Shown: in pieces, positions 10,866 to 24,196 of the stretch
Layout: each line of letters begins with the position of its first letter
Position numbering within the stretch: position 1 is the first letter of the stretch
Origin: Alphaproteobacteria bacterium
GTDB lineage: Bacteria > Pseudomonadota > Alphaproteobacteria > UBA828
NCBI GenBank assembly: GCA_963667785.2
Contig: CAXXMU010000001.1
Span: 32,001-96,000, forward strand
DNA length: 64,000 bases
Direction: 5' to 3'
The notes under the pieces: model-generated
Database searches by the model: none
What the model was told of the DNA's origin: nothing
What the model saw: only the letters and a program-made list of their open reading frames with translations
Made by a program: the position numbers and the translations under genes

Positions 10866-11543
10866 TCAGTCCGCGTCGAGCGGCCCCTCTCCGCCGGGAT
10901 AGCAGAAGGACGCCCGGGGCGCGTAGAAGCCGAAGGTGATCTCCAGCGGCGACTTCGGCCGCAGCGCGTGGCACGAGTGGTCCGGCGCCAGGAACTCGAG
11001 CGAGAGAAGCTCGAAGTCGTCCACAGGCTCGCCCACATAGGCGTAGTTGCCGCTCGTCAGGCGACCATCGACGGCCGTGATGTAGCGCAGGTGGCCGCGC
11101 GCGGTCTCGCCGATGCCGGCGCCCACGCGGGCGACGCTGCGGATGATCGGCTCGTCGTCGTCCGCATAGGTGATGGCGGTCAGGCGGTCGCCGTCGAGAT
11201 CGAGCGTGGTGCGGCCCGGCGTCGCCGGCACGCCGCGCTTCGCGGCATAGTCGCGCATCACCGGGCTCGAGTTCAGGTAGTGGGTCCACCAGCGCCCCGG
11301 CGTTCCGTCCTCGAGGTCGAGCCCGGCGAGATCGAGACCCGCGTAGGTCAGCGAGTAGGCGCCGAAGTGCGAGGTCTGCTCGTCCCTGTCGACGACATAC
11401 TGGTTGATGAAGATCGCCCGATCCTCGGCCGGCGCGAGCCCCGCCGGCAGCAGCGCGGCCGCGGCCGCCGGATCCTCCGGCACCCAGCAGAAGTAGAGCA
11501 TGCGGGAATTGACGATCAGTTGCGGTGCGAGCGGCAGCGCCAT
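10866..11543 (-). CDS. Acetoacetate decarboxylase-like superfamily protein
   Basis: AAALLPAGL, FGAYSLTY pattern and length typical of the ADC-like fold. Confidence 0.6.
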   Translation of the reverse strand: MALPLAPQLIVNSRMLYFCWVPEDPAAAAALLPAGLAPAEDRAIFINQYVVDRDEQTSHFGAYSLTYAGLDLAGLDLEDGTPGRWWTHYLNSSPVMRDYAAKRGVPATPGRTTLDLDGDRLTAITYADDDEPIIRSVARVGAGIGETARGHLRYITAVDGRLTSGNYAYVGEPVDDFELLSLEFLAPDHSCHALRPKSPLEITFGFYAPRASFCYPGGEGPLDAD

Positions 11544-11570
11544 GTCTCTCACTCCCTGCGTGTGGTTTGG

Positions 11571-12734
11571 CTATCCCGATCCGGCGAGTCGCTTCCGAAT
11601 GGCCTCGAATGAAGGATAGAGGCGCAAGTCCTTGCTCATGATCGTACCGGCGCCGTAGCCCCGGAAGGATGTACCTGCGGTGATCCAGGAGTAGCGATCG
11701 GTGAAGCCCCAGAGCACCACGTCTTCGGTCGATGGGCTTTTGAGCGCACCGAAGAAGACATTGCTGAACAGAGCTGCCTGTTTCTTGAGCTTCTTCGCCG
11801 TTACCGGCTCGCGTACGCGCACGTCCAACTCAGTGATGTGGGTGCTGAGGCCGAGGGCGGCGAAGCGTTCAAAGTTTTCGACGACTGCGCTGGACTTCGG
11901 ATAGTCCAATCCTGGCTCAAGATGGAATTGGAACCCCACCCCGTCGATCGGAGTGCCCTGCTTAATCAGGTAGGCGACCAACTTGTAGTATTCCTTGAGC
12001 CGGTCGTACTTGTTGTAATCCTGACCCAGAAAGTCGGCACCCCATTCATTGATGATCAGCTTGGCATTCGGGTCCACGCGGCGCGCGTGCTCGAAGGCGA
12101 GCTTGACGTAGTCCGGCCCTATCTTCTCGAACCACACGTTCGGGGAGAAGAGCACCCCATCGACTCTACGGGCACCGAACTGCGAACCCAATGGTTCGTT
12201 CACGACTATCCAATCGCTGATTTGTCCGGCGTAGCGCGACATGACGGTCTCGATGTACTCCTGCAGCAGGGCGATCGCTTCCTCGCGCGACATGTCCTTT
12301 TCGTGCACCCACGCCGGCGTGGGCGTCCAGCCGCCGAACATGTCGTGGCCGGAGGGCACTCCGAAGACCAAGGTATGTCCGCGCACCTGCTGACCGTGCT
12401 TTTGCGCGGCGGTGACAACCTGGTCGAGCGCCCAGAAGTCCCAATGCTCCGGCGTCGGCCGGATGTCGGTCATGTAGGCGCCGTACTCCGGCACCACCAG
12501 CGAGAAGTGGCGATCCACTAGCGCCATGTACGGGGGATCGTAGAACCCGCCCGGGGATACTGCCGTGCCGATCTTGAGGCCACGCTGGTCCGCGAGGTCA
12601 CGCAACGTCGGCCCCTGATCGGACATTGCCTGATCGTCAGCCGCCAAGGGTGAGAATGCGGCCCAGGCTCCCAGGACGACAGCCACGACTGCGGCCAGGG
12701 CCGGCAGGGGACGTGCTGTGCGGGTCATGGCCAT
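11571..12734 (-). CDS. Secreted glycoside hydrolase family 10 (endo-1,4-beta-xylanase-like)
   Basis: Signal peptide; VRGHTLV, WIVVNEP (acid/base), IDGVGFQFH, HITELDV (nucleophile), WGFTDRYSW; visibly lower GC than neighbours. Confidence 0.88.
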   Translation of the reverse strand: MAMTRTARPLPALAAVVAVVLGAWAAFSPLAADDQAMSDQGPTLRDLADQRGLKIGTAVSPGGFYDPPYMALVDRHFSLVVPEYGAYMTDIRPTPEHWDFWALDQVVTAAQKHGQQVRGHTLVFGVPSGHDMFGGWTPTPAWVHEKDMSREEAIALLQEYIETVMSRYAGQISDWIVVNEPLGSQFGARRVDGVLFSPNVWFEKIGPDYVKLAFEHARRVDPNAKLIINEWGADFLGQDYNKYDRLKEYYKLVAYLIKQGTPIDGVGFQFHLEPGLDYPKSSAVVENFERFAALGLSTHITELDVRVREPVTAKKLKKQAALFSNVFFGALKSPSTEDVVLWGFTDRYSWITAGTSFRGYGAGTIMSKDLRLYPSFEAIRKRLAGSG

Positions 12735-12810
12735 GTCCTCCTTGGCGTGTTCGGGCGGCGCGGGCGGGCGCGGCCCTGCTGCGACCCGCCGCCCGCGTCC
12801 CGATTGCGCC

Positions 12811-14214
12811 TCAGCCGGCCCAGACGTTCTCGCGGACGAGGTCGTTCTGGGTCGCGATGATGCTCTCCCGCAGGGTCTCGACGAGCTGGTCGATCTGATC
12901 GCGGGTGAGCGTCAGCGGCGGCGAGAGCACGTTCATGTGGCCGAGCGGGCGCACCAGCAGGCCGCGCTCCCGGCAGTGGTGGGTGATCCGCGCGCCGATC
13001 TTGGCATCGAGGTCGAAGACCTCCCGCGTCTCCTTGTCCTTCACCGCCTCCACGCACATCATGAACTTGCTGCCGCGCACGTCGCCGATGAGCGGCAGCG
13101 TCAGAAGCTCGCCCAGCCGCTCCTCGAAGTAGGGGCCGACCTCGCGCACGTGGCTGCACAGGTCCTCGCGCTCCATGATCTCGATGTTCTTCAGCGCCGC
13201 GGCGCAGGAGACCGGGTGCCCGGCATAGGTGAAGCCGTGGGTGAAGAGCGCGCCCTTGGACTGGGGCACGCTGATGACCTCGTAGATGGCATCGGAGAAG
13301 AGCGTCGCCGCGTGCGGGATGTAGCCGGACGTGAGCCCCTTGGCCGAGGTGATGATGTCGGGGGTGATGTCGAACACGGGCTCCGAGGCGAAGAAGTGCC
13401 CGAGCCGCCCGAAGCCCGTCACCACCTCGTCCGAGATGTAGAGCACCTCGTACTTCTCGCACACCGCCTTGGTGCGGGCGTGGTAGCCGGGCGGGGGCAC
13501 GATCACGCCGCCGCCGCCCATGATCGGCTCGGCGATGAAGCAGGCGACGTTCTCCGGCCCGAGCTCAAGGATCTTGTTCTCGAGGTCGGCGACCTTCTCG
13601 TCGCAGAACTCCTCCACGCTCATGCCGGCCGGGCGGCGGTAGGTGTGGGGCGCCGGGATGTGGTGCACCAGGTCGGGCGCGAGGTCGAAGCCGTCATGGT
13701 CGAACTTCACGCCGGTCATGGTCATCGCGAGGTAGGTCGAGCCGTGGTAGGCGTCGACGCGGGAGATGATCTTCTTCTTCTCCGGCTTGCCGAGCCGGTT
13801 GAAGTAGAAGTGGATGACGCGGACGGCGGTGTCGTTCGCCATCGATCCGCCGGTGCCGTAGAAGACGTGGTTGATGGAGGCGGGCGCGAGCTCGGCCAGC
13901 TTCGCCGCGAGCTCCGCCGCCGGCGGCGTCGTCAGATGCGTGAAGGTCGAGTAATAGGGGATGCGACGCACCTGATCGGCCATCGCCTGGGCCATCTCGT
14001 CGCGGCCGTAGCCGATGTTGACGCACCACAGCCCGCCGATGCCGTCCATGTAGCGCTCGCCCTCGGCGTTGTAGACGTAGACCCCGTCTGCCTCCGCCAT
14101 GACCTCCGAGCCTTCCTGCTTGAAGGTCGAGAAGTCCGTCCAGGGATGGATGTTGTGGTGCAGGTCCTTCTGCCGAAGGTCCTCGTTGTCGTACTGGGTG
14201 AAATTCGCCCTCAT
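12811..14214 (-). CDS. Class III (omega-amine) aminotransferase
   Basis: DGIGGLWCVNIGYG, AYHGST, FIAEPIMG, DEVVTGFGRLG, AKGLTSGY, HGFTYAGHP. Confidence 0.92.
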   Translation of the reverse strand: MRANFTQYDNEDLRQKDLHHNIHPWTDFSTFKQEGSEVMAEADGVYVYNAEGERYMDGIGGLWCVNIGYGRDEMAQAMADQVRRIPYYSTFTHLTTPPAAELAAKLAELAPASINHVFYGTGGSMANDTAVRVIHFYFNRLGKPEKKKIISRVDAYHGSTYLAMTMTGVKFDHDGFDLAPDLVHHIPAPHTYRRPAGMSVEEFCDEKVADLENKILELGPENVACFIAEPIMGGGGVIVPPPGYHARTKAVCEKYEVLYISDEVVTGFGRLGHFFASEPVFDITPDIITSAKGLTSGYIPHAATLFSDAIYEVISVPQSKGALFTHGFTYAGHPVSCAAALKNIEIMEREDLCSHVREVGPYFEERLGELLTLPLIGDVRGSKFMMCVEAVKDKETREVFDLDAKIGARITHHCRERGLLVRPLGHMNVLSPPLTLTRDQIDQLVETLRESIIATQNDLVRENVWAG

Positions 14215-14383
14215 CGCGCCCTCCTATCGCTCCACGCGGCACCGGGAGCCTGACTGATCCCGGAGCCTATCGCGGCGCGTGCGCCACGGCTAGCCACGGC
14301 GCCCCTCCCGCGATGCGCGGCGCCGGCGCTGTACATCGGGGCACGGCCGGTCTAAGACCCCCACGCCAGCCCGGAGGACACCC

Positions 14384-14971
14384 ATGAAGCTCTATTCCAG
14401 CCCGGCCACGCCGTTCGGCCGCAAGGCAGCGATCGTCGCGCACGAGCACGGCATCGCGCTGGACGTCGTGAACGTGAACCCGTTCACCTCGGACGAGCTG
14501 GAGCGGCTCAACCCGATCAAGCTCATTCCCGTGCTGGTGCTGGACGACGGCCGCGTGCTCTACGACAGCCACGTCATCTGCGCCCATCTCGACGAGACCG
14601 GCGGTGGCCCGACCCTCTACCCGGAGGCCGACCGGCTGGACTGGCAGCGGCGCATGACGCTGGGCACGGCGCTGACGGAGACGAGCGTCCTCTGGCTCTT
14701 CCAGAAGCGCCAGCCGGCGGACCAGCAGAGCGCCAACCTCAAGACCCACTACGAGAGCAGGGTGCGGCGCATCACGGCCGCGCTCGACGCAGAAGCCGAC
14801 GCGCTCGCGGCCGCGCCCTTCCGCGTCGACCATGTCGCGGTGATCTGCGGCATCGGCCACCTGGAGTTCCGTCACGATGCGGCGTGGCGGGCGGACTGCC
14901 CCCGGCTCACGGCGTGGTACGAGGGCATGCAGGGCCGGCCGAGCGTGGCCGCGACGCAGCCCACGGACTGA
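14384..14971 (+). CDS. Glutathione S-transferase family protein
   Basis: MKLYSSPATPFGRK, NPIKLIPVL, LYDSHVIC. Confidence 0.85.
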   Translation: MKLYSSPATPFGRKAAIVAHEHGIALDVVNVNPFTSDELERLNPIKLIPVLVLDDGRVLYDSHVICAHLDETGGGPTLYPEADRLDWQRRMTLGTALTETSVLWLFQKRQPADQQSANLKTHYESRVRRITAALDAEADALAAAPFRVDHVAVICGIGHLEFRHDAAWRADCPRLTAWYEGMQGRPSVAATQPTD

Positions 14972-14991
14972 ACCCGGCAAGAGGACCATCC

Positions 14992-15714
14992 ATGATCGAC
15001 CTGCACTACTGGCCGACGCCCAACGGCAAGAAGGTGACCATCCTGCTGGAGGAATGCGGGATGCCCTATCGCCTCGTCCCCTGCCACATCGGCAAGGGCG
15101 ATCAGTTCGAGGACTCGTTCCTCGGCATCAGCCCCAACAACCGCATGCCCGCGATGGTGGACCACGAGCCGGCGGGCGGCGGCGCGCCGGTCAGCGTCTT
15201 CGAGTCCGGCGCGATGATGATGTACATCGCCGAGAAGGCCGGCCGCTTCTATCCGCAGGACCTGCACGGCCGCTACGAGGTCAACCAGTGGATCATGTGG
15301 CAGATGGCGAACCAGGGCCCGAAGTTCGGCGAGTTCGGCCATTTCCGCCGGCTCAAGGACACAGAGGGCGACCAGAGCTATGCCATCACCCGCTTCGGCA
15401 ACGAGGTGAACCGGCTCTACGGCGTGATGAACAACCGGCTCTACGACCGCGCCTATCTCGCGGGCGAGGACTACACCATCGCCGACATGATCTCCTATCC
15501 CTGGGCCGTCTACTGGGAATCGCAGGGCCAGGACATCGAGGAGTTCAGGCACTTCAAGCGCTGGTTCGAGGAGCTGTCGGCGCGGGATGCCGTGCAGCGC
15601 GGCATGGCGGCGGGCGAAGACCTGCCCGAAGACCCCGACACGATCCCGGAAGAAGAGAAGCAGCGCCGCCACGCGCTCCTCTACAACCAGCGCGCCCGGC
15701 CCGCGCCGGGCTGA
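14992..15714 (+). CDS. Glutathione S-transferase, YfcG/Ure2p-like
   Basis: WPTPNGKK, ISPNNRMPA, VFESGA, YTIADM; RBS GAGGA before ATG 14992. Confidence 0.9.
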   Translation: MIDLHYWPTPNGKKVTILLEECGMPYRLVPCHIGKGDQFEDSFLGISPNNRMPAMVDHEPAGGGAPVSVFESGAMMMYIAEKAGRFYPQDLHGRYEVNQWIMWQMANQGPKFGEFGHFRRLKDTEGDQSYAITRFGNEVNRLYGVMNNRLYDRAYLAGEDYTIADMISYPWAVYWESQGQDIEEFRHFKRWFEELSARDAVQRGMAAGEDLPEDPDTIPEEEKQRRHALLYNQRARPAPG

Positions 15715-15766
15715 GGGATCAGGGCCTTTCGCGGGCCTTTCGCGTCGGGCGCCTACCCTCTGCCGG

Positions 15767-16381
15767 TTACGGCGCTTCCCCTCGGCTGAGAACGAGTCGA
15801 ATGCCGAGCGCACCGAGGACGATGGCTGCGCCGCGGTCGATATAGGCCTTGGCCCGCATGTAGCGCGTCGAGACTGCCTGCGTGCTCATGCAGAATGCGA
15901 GGGTCGTATAGAAAGCCACCTCGACCAGGAAGTGATTGATCACGATTACGAAGCTCTCGGCAACGGAGAGGCCGGCGGGAAACACGGCGACGAGAACCGC
16001 TGCGGCGAAGAGCACGGATTTCGGATTGAGAAGATTGACGAGGAAGCCCTGCCGGAACGCGCGCTTGGCCGGGGGGATACGCGCCGTGACTGGCGCAGAC
16101 GCGTTCCTCCACATCTTGTACGCCAGGTACAGAAGATAGGCGCCCCCTGCGATTTTCGCGCCGACGTAGACCATCGGGAACAGTTCGAAGACCACGGCGA
16201 GGCCGAGAAGAGCCATCAACGTCCAGAGCGCAGCCATCAGACCGAGGCCGATTCCGACGGCGACTCCGGCCGCGCGCCCCCTGCTTGCGGAGGTATGGGT
16301 GGCCATCAGCAAGGCGGGACCGGGACTCGCGATGGCAACGAGCAGGGCGATGTTGAATGCGACGAGCTGTTCCCACGTCAT
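15767..16381 (-). CDS. LysE/RhtB family translocator
   Basis: SPGPA, GGAYLLYLA, GFLVNLLNPK; hydrophobic; lower GC than neighbours. Confidence 0.9.
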   Translation of the reverse strand: MTWEQLVAFNIALLVAIASPGPALLMATHTSASRGRAAGVAVGIGLGLMAALWTLMALLGLAVVFELFPMVYVGAKIAGGAYLLYLAYKMWRNASAPVTARIPPAKRAFRQGFLVNLLNPKSVLFAAAVLVAVFPAGLSVAESFVIVINHFLVEVAFYTTLAFCMSTQAVSTRYMRAKAYIDRGAAIVLGALGIRLVLSRGEAP

Positions 16382-16504
16382 GACCTGATCCTGTGACGAA
16401 GGCTGTGGGCTGAACGACGACGGCTTACTGCCGGGGGCCTTGCGGCGCTCGCGGGGCAGAGAGCGAGTGACGGGGCGGCACCGCCCGCGTCCTCCGAGCC
16501 CCCG

Positions 16505-17536
16505 TCAGCTCACGGGCTTCCACTCGCCGGCCGGCTTGAGCTTCTTCGCCTCGGGGATCACCTCGGCGCCGAAGCGCTCGATCTGGTCGAGCTGCTCGGA
16601 GAGTTCGCCCGAGGGGCATTCCAGCATGCAGACCGCCATCGAGAAGCCGGCTGCGGCGAGCGCAGCGAGGTCCTCGACGATCTGCTCGGCGGTGCCGGTG
16701 CAGGTGCGGCGGGGCGTGGCCTCCGAGGCCGGATCGCGGGCGTCGGTGATGCGCGCGGTGGCCGCGCACATCATCATGAAGTCGGACGGGCCGCGGCCCT
16801 GCGCCTCCAGCTCGCGGCGCACCTCGTCCTGCAAGGGGGCGAAGCGGCCGGCGTCGACGTGGGAATCGAGGAAGAGCGGATAGAGGCCGTCGCAGAAGCG
16901 CGCCGCGCGCCGGGCGCCGCGGATCGTGTTGCCGCCGAAGACGATGGGCGGGTGCGGGTCCTGCTGCGCCGGCTTCGGGTCCTGGGAGACGTTCCTGAAG
17001 CTGTAGTAGTCGCCTTCGAAGGTGGCGAGGTCGCCGGTCCACGACGCCTTGTAGATCTGGATGCACTCCTCGGTGCGCCGGTTGCGCTCCTCGTAGTCGA
17101 TGCCGACGGCGTCGAACTCCTCGACCATCCAGCCGACGCCGACGCCGAGCATCAGCCGGCCGCCGGAGAGCCGGTCGACGGTCATGAACTGGCGCGCGTC
17201 CGAGAGCGGGTGCCTATAGGGCGCGATGAGCACGCTGGTGGCGAGCTTCAGCGTCGTGGTCTTCACCGCCACCGCGCCCATGACGACGGCGGCGTCCAGC
17301 ATGTTGTGGCGGCGCTGGTAGGCGCGCTGGCCGGAGACGTTCGCGGTGTGGTGGCTCTCCGAATCGTAGGGCATGCAGACATGGTCGGGATACCAGATGG
17401 AGTGGATGCCCGCGCGCTCCGCGGTCTCGGCCACCCTGATCGGGTCCATCTGCTCCACCGGCGTGTGGTGGAGGAACATGTTCACGTCGTCGCGATAGGA
17501 CTGCCCGTGCGTGTTTCCGTAAAGCCCGACTTCCAT
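16505..17536 (-). CDS. LLM-class flavin/F420-dependent oxidoreductase
   Basis: SIWYPDH, LATSVLIAPYRHP, DRLSGGRLMLGVGVGW..EF, PPIVFGG. Confidence 0.88.
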   Translation of the reverse strand: MEVGLYGNTHGQSYRDDVNMFLHHTPVEQMDPIRVAETAERAGIHSIWYPDHVCMPYDSESHHTANVSGQRAYQRRHNMLDAAVVMGAVAVKTTTLKLATSVLIAPYRHPLSDARQFMTVDRLSGGRLMLGVGVGWMVEEFDAVGIDYEERNRRTEECIQIYKASWTGDLATFEGDYYSFRNVSQDPKPAQQDPHPPIVFGGNTIRGARRAARFCDGLYPLFLDSHVDAGRFAPLQDEVRRELEAQGRGPSDFMMMCAATARITDARDPASEATPRRTCTGTAEQIVEDLAALAAAGFSMAVCMLECPSGELSEQLDQIERFGAEVIPEAKKLKPAGEWKPVS

Positions 17537-17683
17537 GATGCTGTCCCCTTCGTTGGCGCAGGCGCTGGCGCGCCGGGATTATGCCGCCCGCGCCGGCTGG
17601 CTGGAAGCGTCGCGCAGACCATGGCCCTGGTGAGAAAGGCGGGCTAGCCTCGCGGCGCCGAACGGTCACGTGGGGGAGCGGCC

Positions 17684-19144
17684 ATGCGGGTCTTCATCGC
17701 CTGTCTCGGAACCGAGACCAACACCTTCTCGTCGCTGCCGACGGGCGAGCAGACCTATCGCGACACCGCCCTCTTCGACGGCGATGCGACCCGCCGCGAG
17801 CCCACCCCCTTCAGCCAGCCGCTCCACATCTGGCGCGCGCGGGCCGAGGAGCAGGGGCACGAGGTCGCGGAAGGGCTTTGCGCCTTCGCCCAGCCGGGGG
17901 GGCGGACGATCCGGCGCGTCTACGAGGACTATCGCGACCGCATCCTGGCGCAGGCGGAGGCCGCGCTGCCGCTCGACCTCGTGCTGGTCAACATGCACGG
18001 CGCCATGGTGGCCGAGGGCTACGACGACTGCGAGGGCGACCTGCTGGCCCGCCTGCGCGCGGTCGCCGGTCCTGACACGGTCATCGGCGGCGAGCTCGAC
18101 CTCCACTGCCACATCACTCCCGCGATGCTGGAGGCGGCGACCGTGCTCGTCACCTACAAGGAGTATCCCCACATCGATATCGGCGAGCGGGCCGACGACC
18201 TGTTCCGGCTCTGCCACGACGCGGCCCTCGGCCGCTCGGCGCCGGTGATGGCCGCCCACGACTGCCGCATGATCAGCATGTGGCGCACCACGGCCGAGCC
18301 GATGCGGGGCTTCGTCGCCGAGATGAAGGCGCGCGAGGGGAGCGACGGCATCCTCGCCGTCTCCTTCGGCCACGGCTTCCCCTGGGGCGACGTGGCTGCG
18401 GTGGGCGCGAAGACGCTGGTGGTGGCCGATGGCGACGAGGGGAAGGCGGCGGCGCTCGCGGCCGATCTCGCGGACCGGCTCTGGGCGATGCGCGAGGAGA
18501 CCCGGCCGACCGCCATCGGCATCGACGAGGCCATCGACAGGGCGCTGGCGAGCGACGGCGGGCCGGTGGTGCTGGCCGACGTCTCGGACAATGCCGGCGG
18601 CGGCGCGCCGAGCGATTCCACCTTCATCCTGGAGCGCCTGATCGCGCGCGGCGTGCGCGATGCGGCCAGCGGGCTCTACTGGGACCCGGTGGCGGTGCGC
18701 TTCTGCATGGAGGCGGGCGAGGGGGCCCGGCTCAGGCTCCGCATCGGCGGCAAGTGCGGCCCCGATTCCGGCGATCCGGTGGACCTCGCCGTCACCGTCG
18801 AGCGCATCGTCGAGAACGCCGCCCAGACCTTCGGCTCCGCCCGCAACGGGATCGGCGATGCCGTATGGGTGCGCGGCGAGGGCGGCCTCGATCTCGTGCT
18901 CAACACCCTGCGCACCCAGGTCTTCCACCCCGACGCGTTCACGGCCGTGGGTCTCGATCCCGCCGCCCGCAAGATCGTGGTGGTGAAATCCACCCAGCAC
19001 TTCCACGCCGGCTTCGCCCCGATCGCGAAGGATATCCTCTACGTCGCGGCGCCCGGTGCGATCGCGCCCGACTTCGCGGCGATTCCCTACACCAGGCTGG
19101 CGACGCCCTACTGGCCCAGGGTGGAAGACCCGTGGGCTGAGTAG
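17684..19144 (+). CDS. M81 family metallopeptidase (MlrC-like)
   Basis: ETNTFS, MHGAM, DCEGDLL, LDLHCH, YPHID, DNAGGGA, VVKS..HF. Confidence 0.9.
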   Translation: MRVFIACLGTETNTFSSLPTGEQTYRDTALFDGDATRREPTPFSQPLHIWRARAEEQGHEVAEGLCAFAQPGGRTIRRVYEDYRDRILAQAEAALPLDLVLVNMHGAMVAEGYDDCEGDLLARLRAVAGPDTVIGGELDLHCHITPAMLEAATVLVTYKEYPHIDIGERADDLFRLCHDAALGRSAPVMAAHDCRMISMWRTTAEPMRGFVAEMKAREGSDGILAVSFGHGFPWGDVAAVGAKTLVVADGDEGKAAALAADLADRLWAMREETRPTAIGIDEAIDRALASDGGPVVLADVSDNAGGGAPSDSTFILERLIARGVRDAASGLYWDPVAVRFCMEAGEGARLRLRIGGKCGPDSGDPVDLAVTVERIVENAAQTFGSARNGIGDAVWVRGEGGLDLVLNTLRTQVFHPDAFTAVGLDPAARKIVVVKSTQHFHAGFAPIAKDILYVAAPGAIAPDFAAIPYTRLATPYWPRVEDPWAE

Positions 19145-19216
19145 GGGAAGCCCGGCGCGGGCGGCGGTGCTATCGTCGGCGGAGTGCGGACTCGAGCAGC
19201 GAGAGGCGAGGGAGCG

Positions 19217-19996
19217 ATGTTGGGAACGGTGGAGAGCATCTGGCGCTATCCCGTGAAGAGCATGCGCGGCGAGGAGGTGGACGAGATCTTCGTCGCTTTC
19301 ACCGGGCTGATGGGCGACCGGGTCTACGCCATCTCGTCGAGCGCCGCGGACCCGGCCTTCCCCTGGCATACCGCGCGGGAGCAGGAGGACCTGGTGCTCT
19401 ACCAGGCGCGCTTCAAGCAGCGTGACGGCACGCTCAAGCCCGACAACATGGAAGAGGCGATGGGCCACCCCGCCAACATCCACGCGCCGTTCCCCGAGGC
19501 GGACGCGTTCGCGGTCGAGGTCGAGCGCCCCGACGGCTCGGTGGTGGACATCGAGGACCCGGCCTTCCTGGAGGGGATCAAGGACAGGTCCAAGGGCGCG
19601 CTCTCGCTCCGCTTCACCCAGCGCAGCCTGGTCGACTGCCGGCCCGTCACCCTCTTCTCCCTGCAGACCGTGGGCCAGCTTGCAGACGAGACCGGCATCG
19701 ACGTCCACAAGCTGCAGTTCCGCGCCAACCTCTACGTCGACTGGAGCGAGCAGGGCGGCTTCTACGAGGACGAGCTGGTGGGCCGCCGGGTCACGGTGGG
19801 CGATGCGGTGGAGCTGATGGTCGTGGAGCGCGACCCCCGCTGCAAGTTCATCACCATCCACCCGGAGACCGCCGAGACCGCGCCGGCGCTGCTCAAGCAC
19901 GTCAACAGGACGCGCGACGGCTTCGCCGGCGTCTATGCGGCGGTCATCAAGGAAGGGCCCGTCAGGGCCGGCGACGAGATCGCGCTGGTGGACTGA
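19217..19996 (+). CDS. MOSC domain protein
   Basis: IWRYPVKSMRGE, GDRVY, FRANLYV, RCKFIT, GVYAAV..G.V..GD. Confidence 0.88.
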   Translation: MLGTVESIWRYPVKSMRGEEVDEIFVAFTGLMGDRVYAISSSAADPAFPWHTAREQEDLVLYQARFKQRDGTLKPDNMEEAMGHPANIHAPFPEADAFAVEVERPDGSVVDIEDPAFLEGIKDRSKGALSLRFTQRSLVDCRPVTLFSLQTVGQLADETGIDVHKLQFRANLYVDWSEQGGFYEDELVGRRVTVGDAVELMVVERDPRCKFITIHPETAETAPALLKHVNRTRDGFAGVYAAVIKEGPVRAGDEIALVD

Positions 19997-20043
19997 GGGC
20001 GGACGCCCAGCCGACATTCCTCCGTTAACGGGAGCATTGCGCC

Positions 20044-23688
<3,645 letters not shown>

Positions 23689-23723
23689 CGACGGGCTCGA
23701 CAGACATCCAGGAGGAGACCGCC

Positions 23724-24125
23724 ATGACGCTCACGCTCGAAGAGGCCAACCGCGTTGCCGCCGGTGCGATCGCGCACGCGGAAAGCCTCGATATCCTGGT
23801 CTGCGTCGCGGTCTGCGACGCCGGCGGCCGGCTGGTCTCCTTCCAGCGCATGGACGGTGCCATCTGGGCCGCCGTCTACGGCTCCCAGGGCAAGGCCGCG
23901 GCGTCCGCCGCCTTCGGCCGGCCGAGCGGCGACCTCACCGAGCGGGCCGACCATCCCACCTTCCGCGGGATCGTCGCGGCCGACGGCGGCCACATGATCC
24001 TCGGCCGGGGCGCCGTGCCGATCGTGCGCAACAGCCAGGTCGTCGGCGCCTGCGGGGTCGGCGGCGGCACCGGCGAGGAGGACGAGGAGTGCGCCGCGGC
24101 CGGCGTCGCGCGCATCCAATCATGA
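23724..24125 (+). CDS. GlcG/HbpS heme-binding family protein
   Basis: VAVCDAGG..RMDGA, GAVPI, VGACGVGGG...D..CA; RBS GGAGGAG. Confidence 0.85.
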   Translation: MTLTLEEANRVAAGAIAHAESLDILVCVAVCDAGGRLVSFQRMDGAIWAAVYGSQGKAAASAAFGRPSGDLTERADHPTFRGIVAADGGHMILGRGAVPIVRNSQVVGACGVGGGTGEEDEECAAAGVARIQS

Positions 24126-24196
24126 GTCCGCGCACGCCGGCGTCGCGCGCCTCTGATCTGGAACAGCCCGCGCCTTCCGTCCAGTACGCGCGCCGC

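Noticed and set aside
14361-14995. Similar start regions of the two GST genes as another terminal duplication
   Set aside because: Needs several gaps, and matches are mostly RBS + ATG between related genes
15722-15743. GGGCCTTTCGC x2 tandem duplication
   Set aside because: Real but only 11 bp; ordinary slippage explains it
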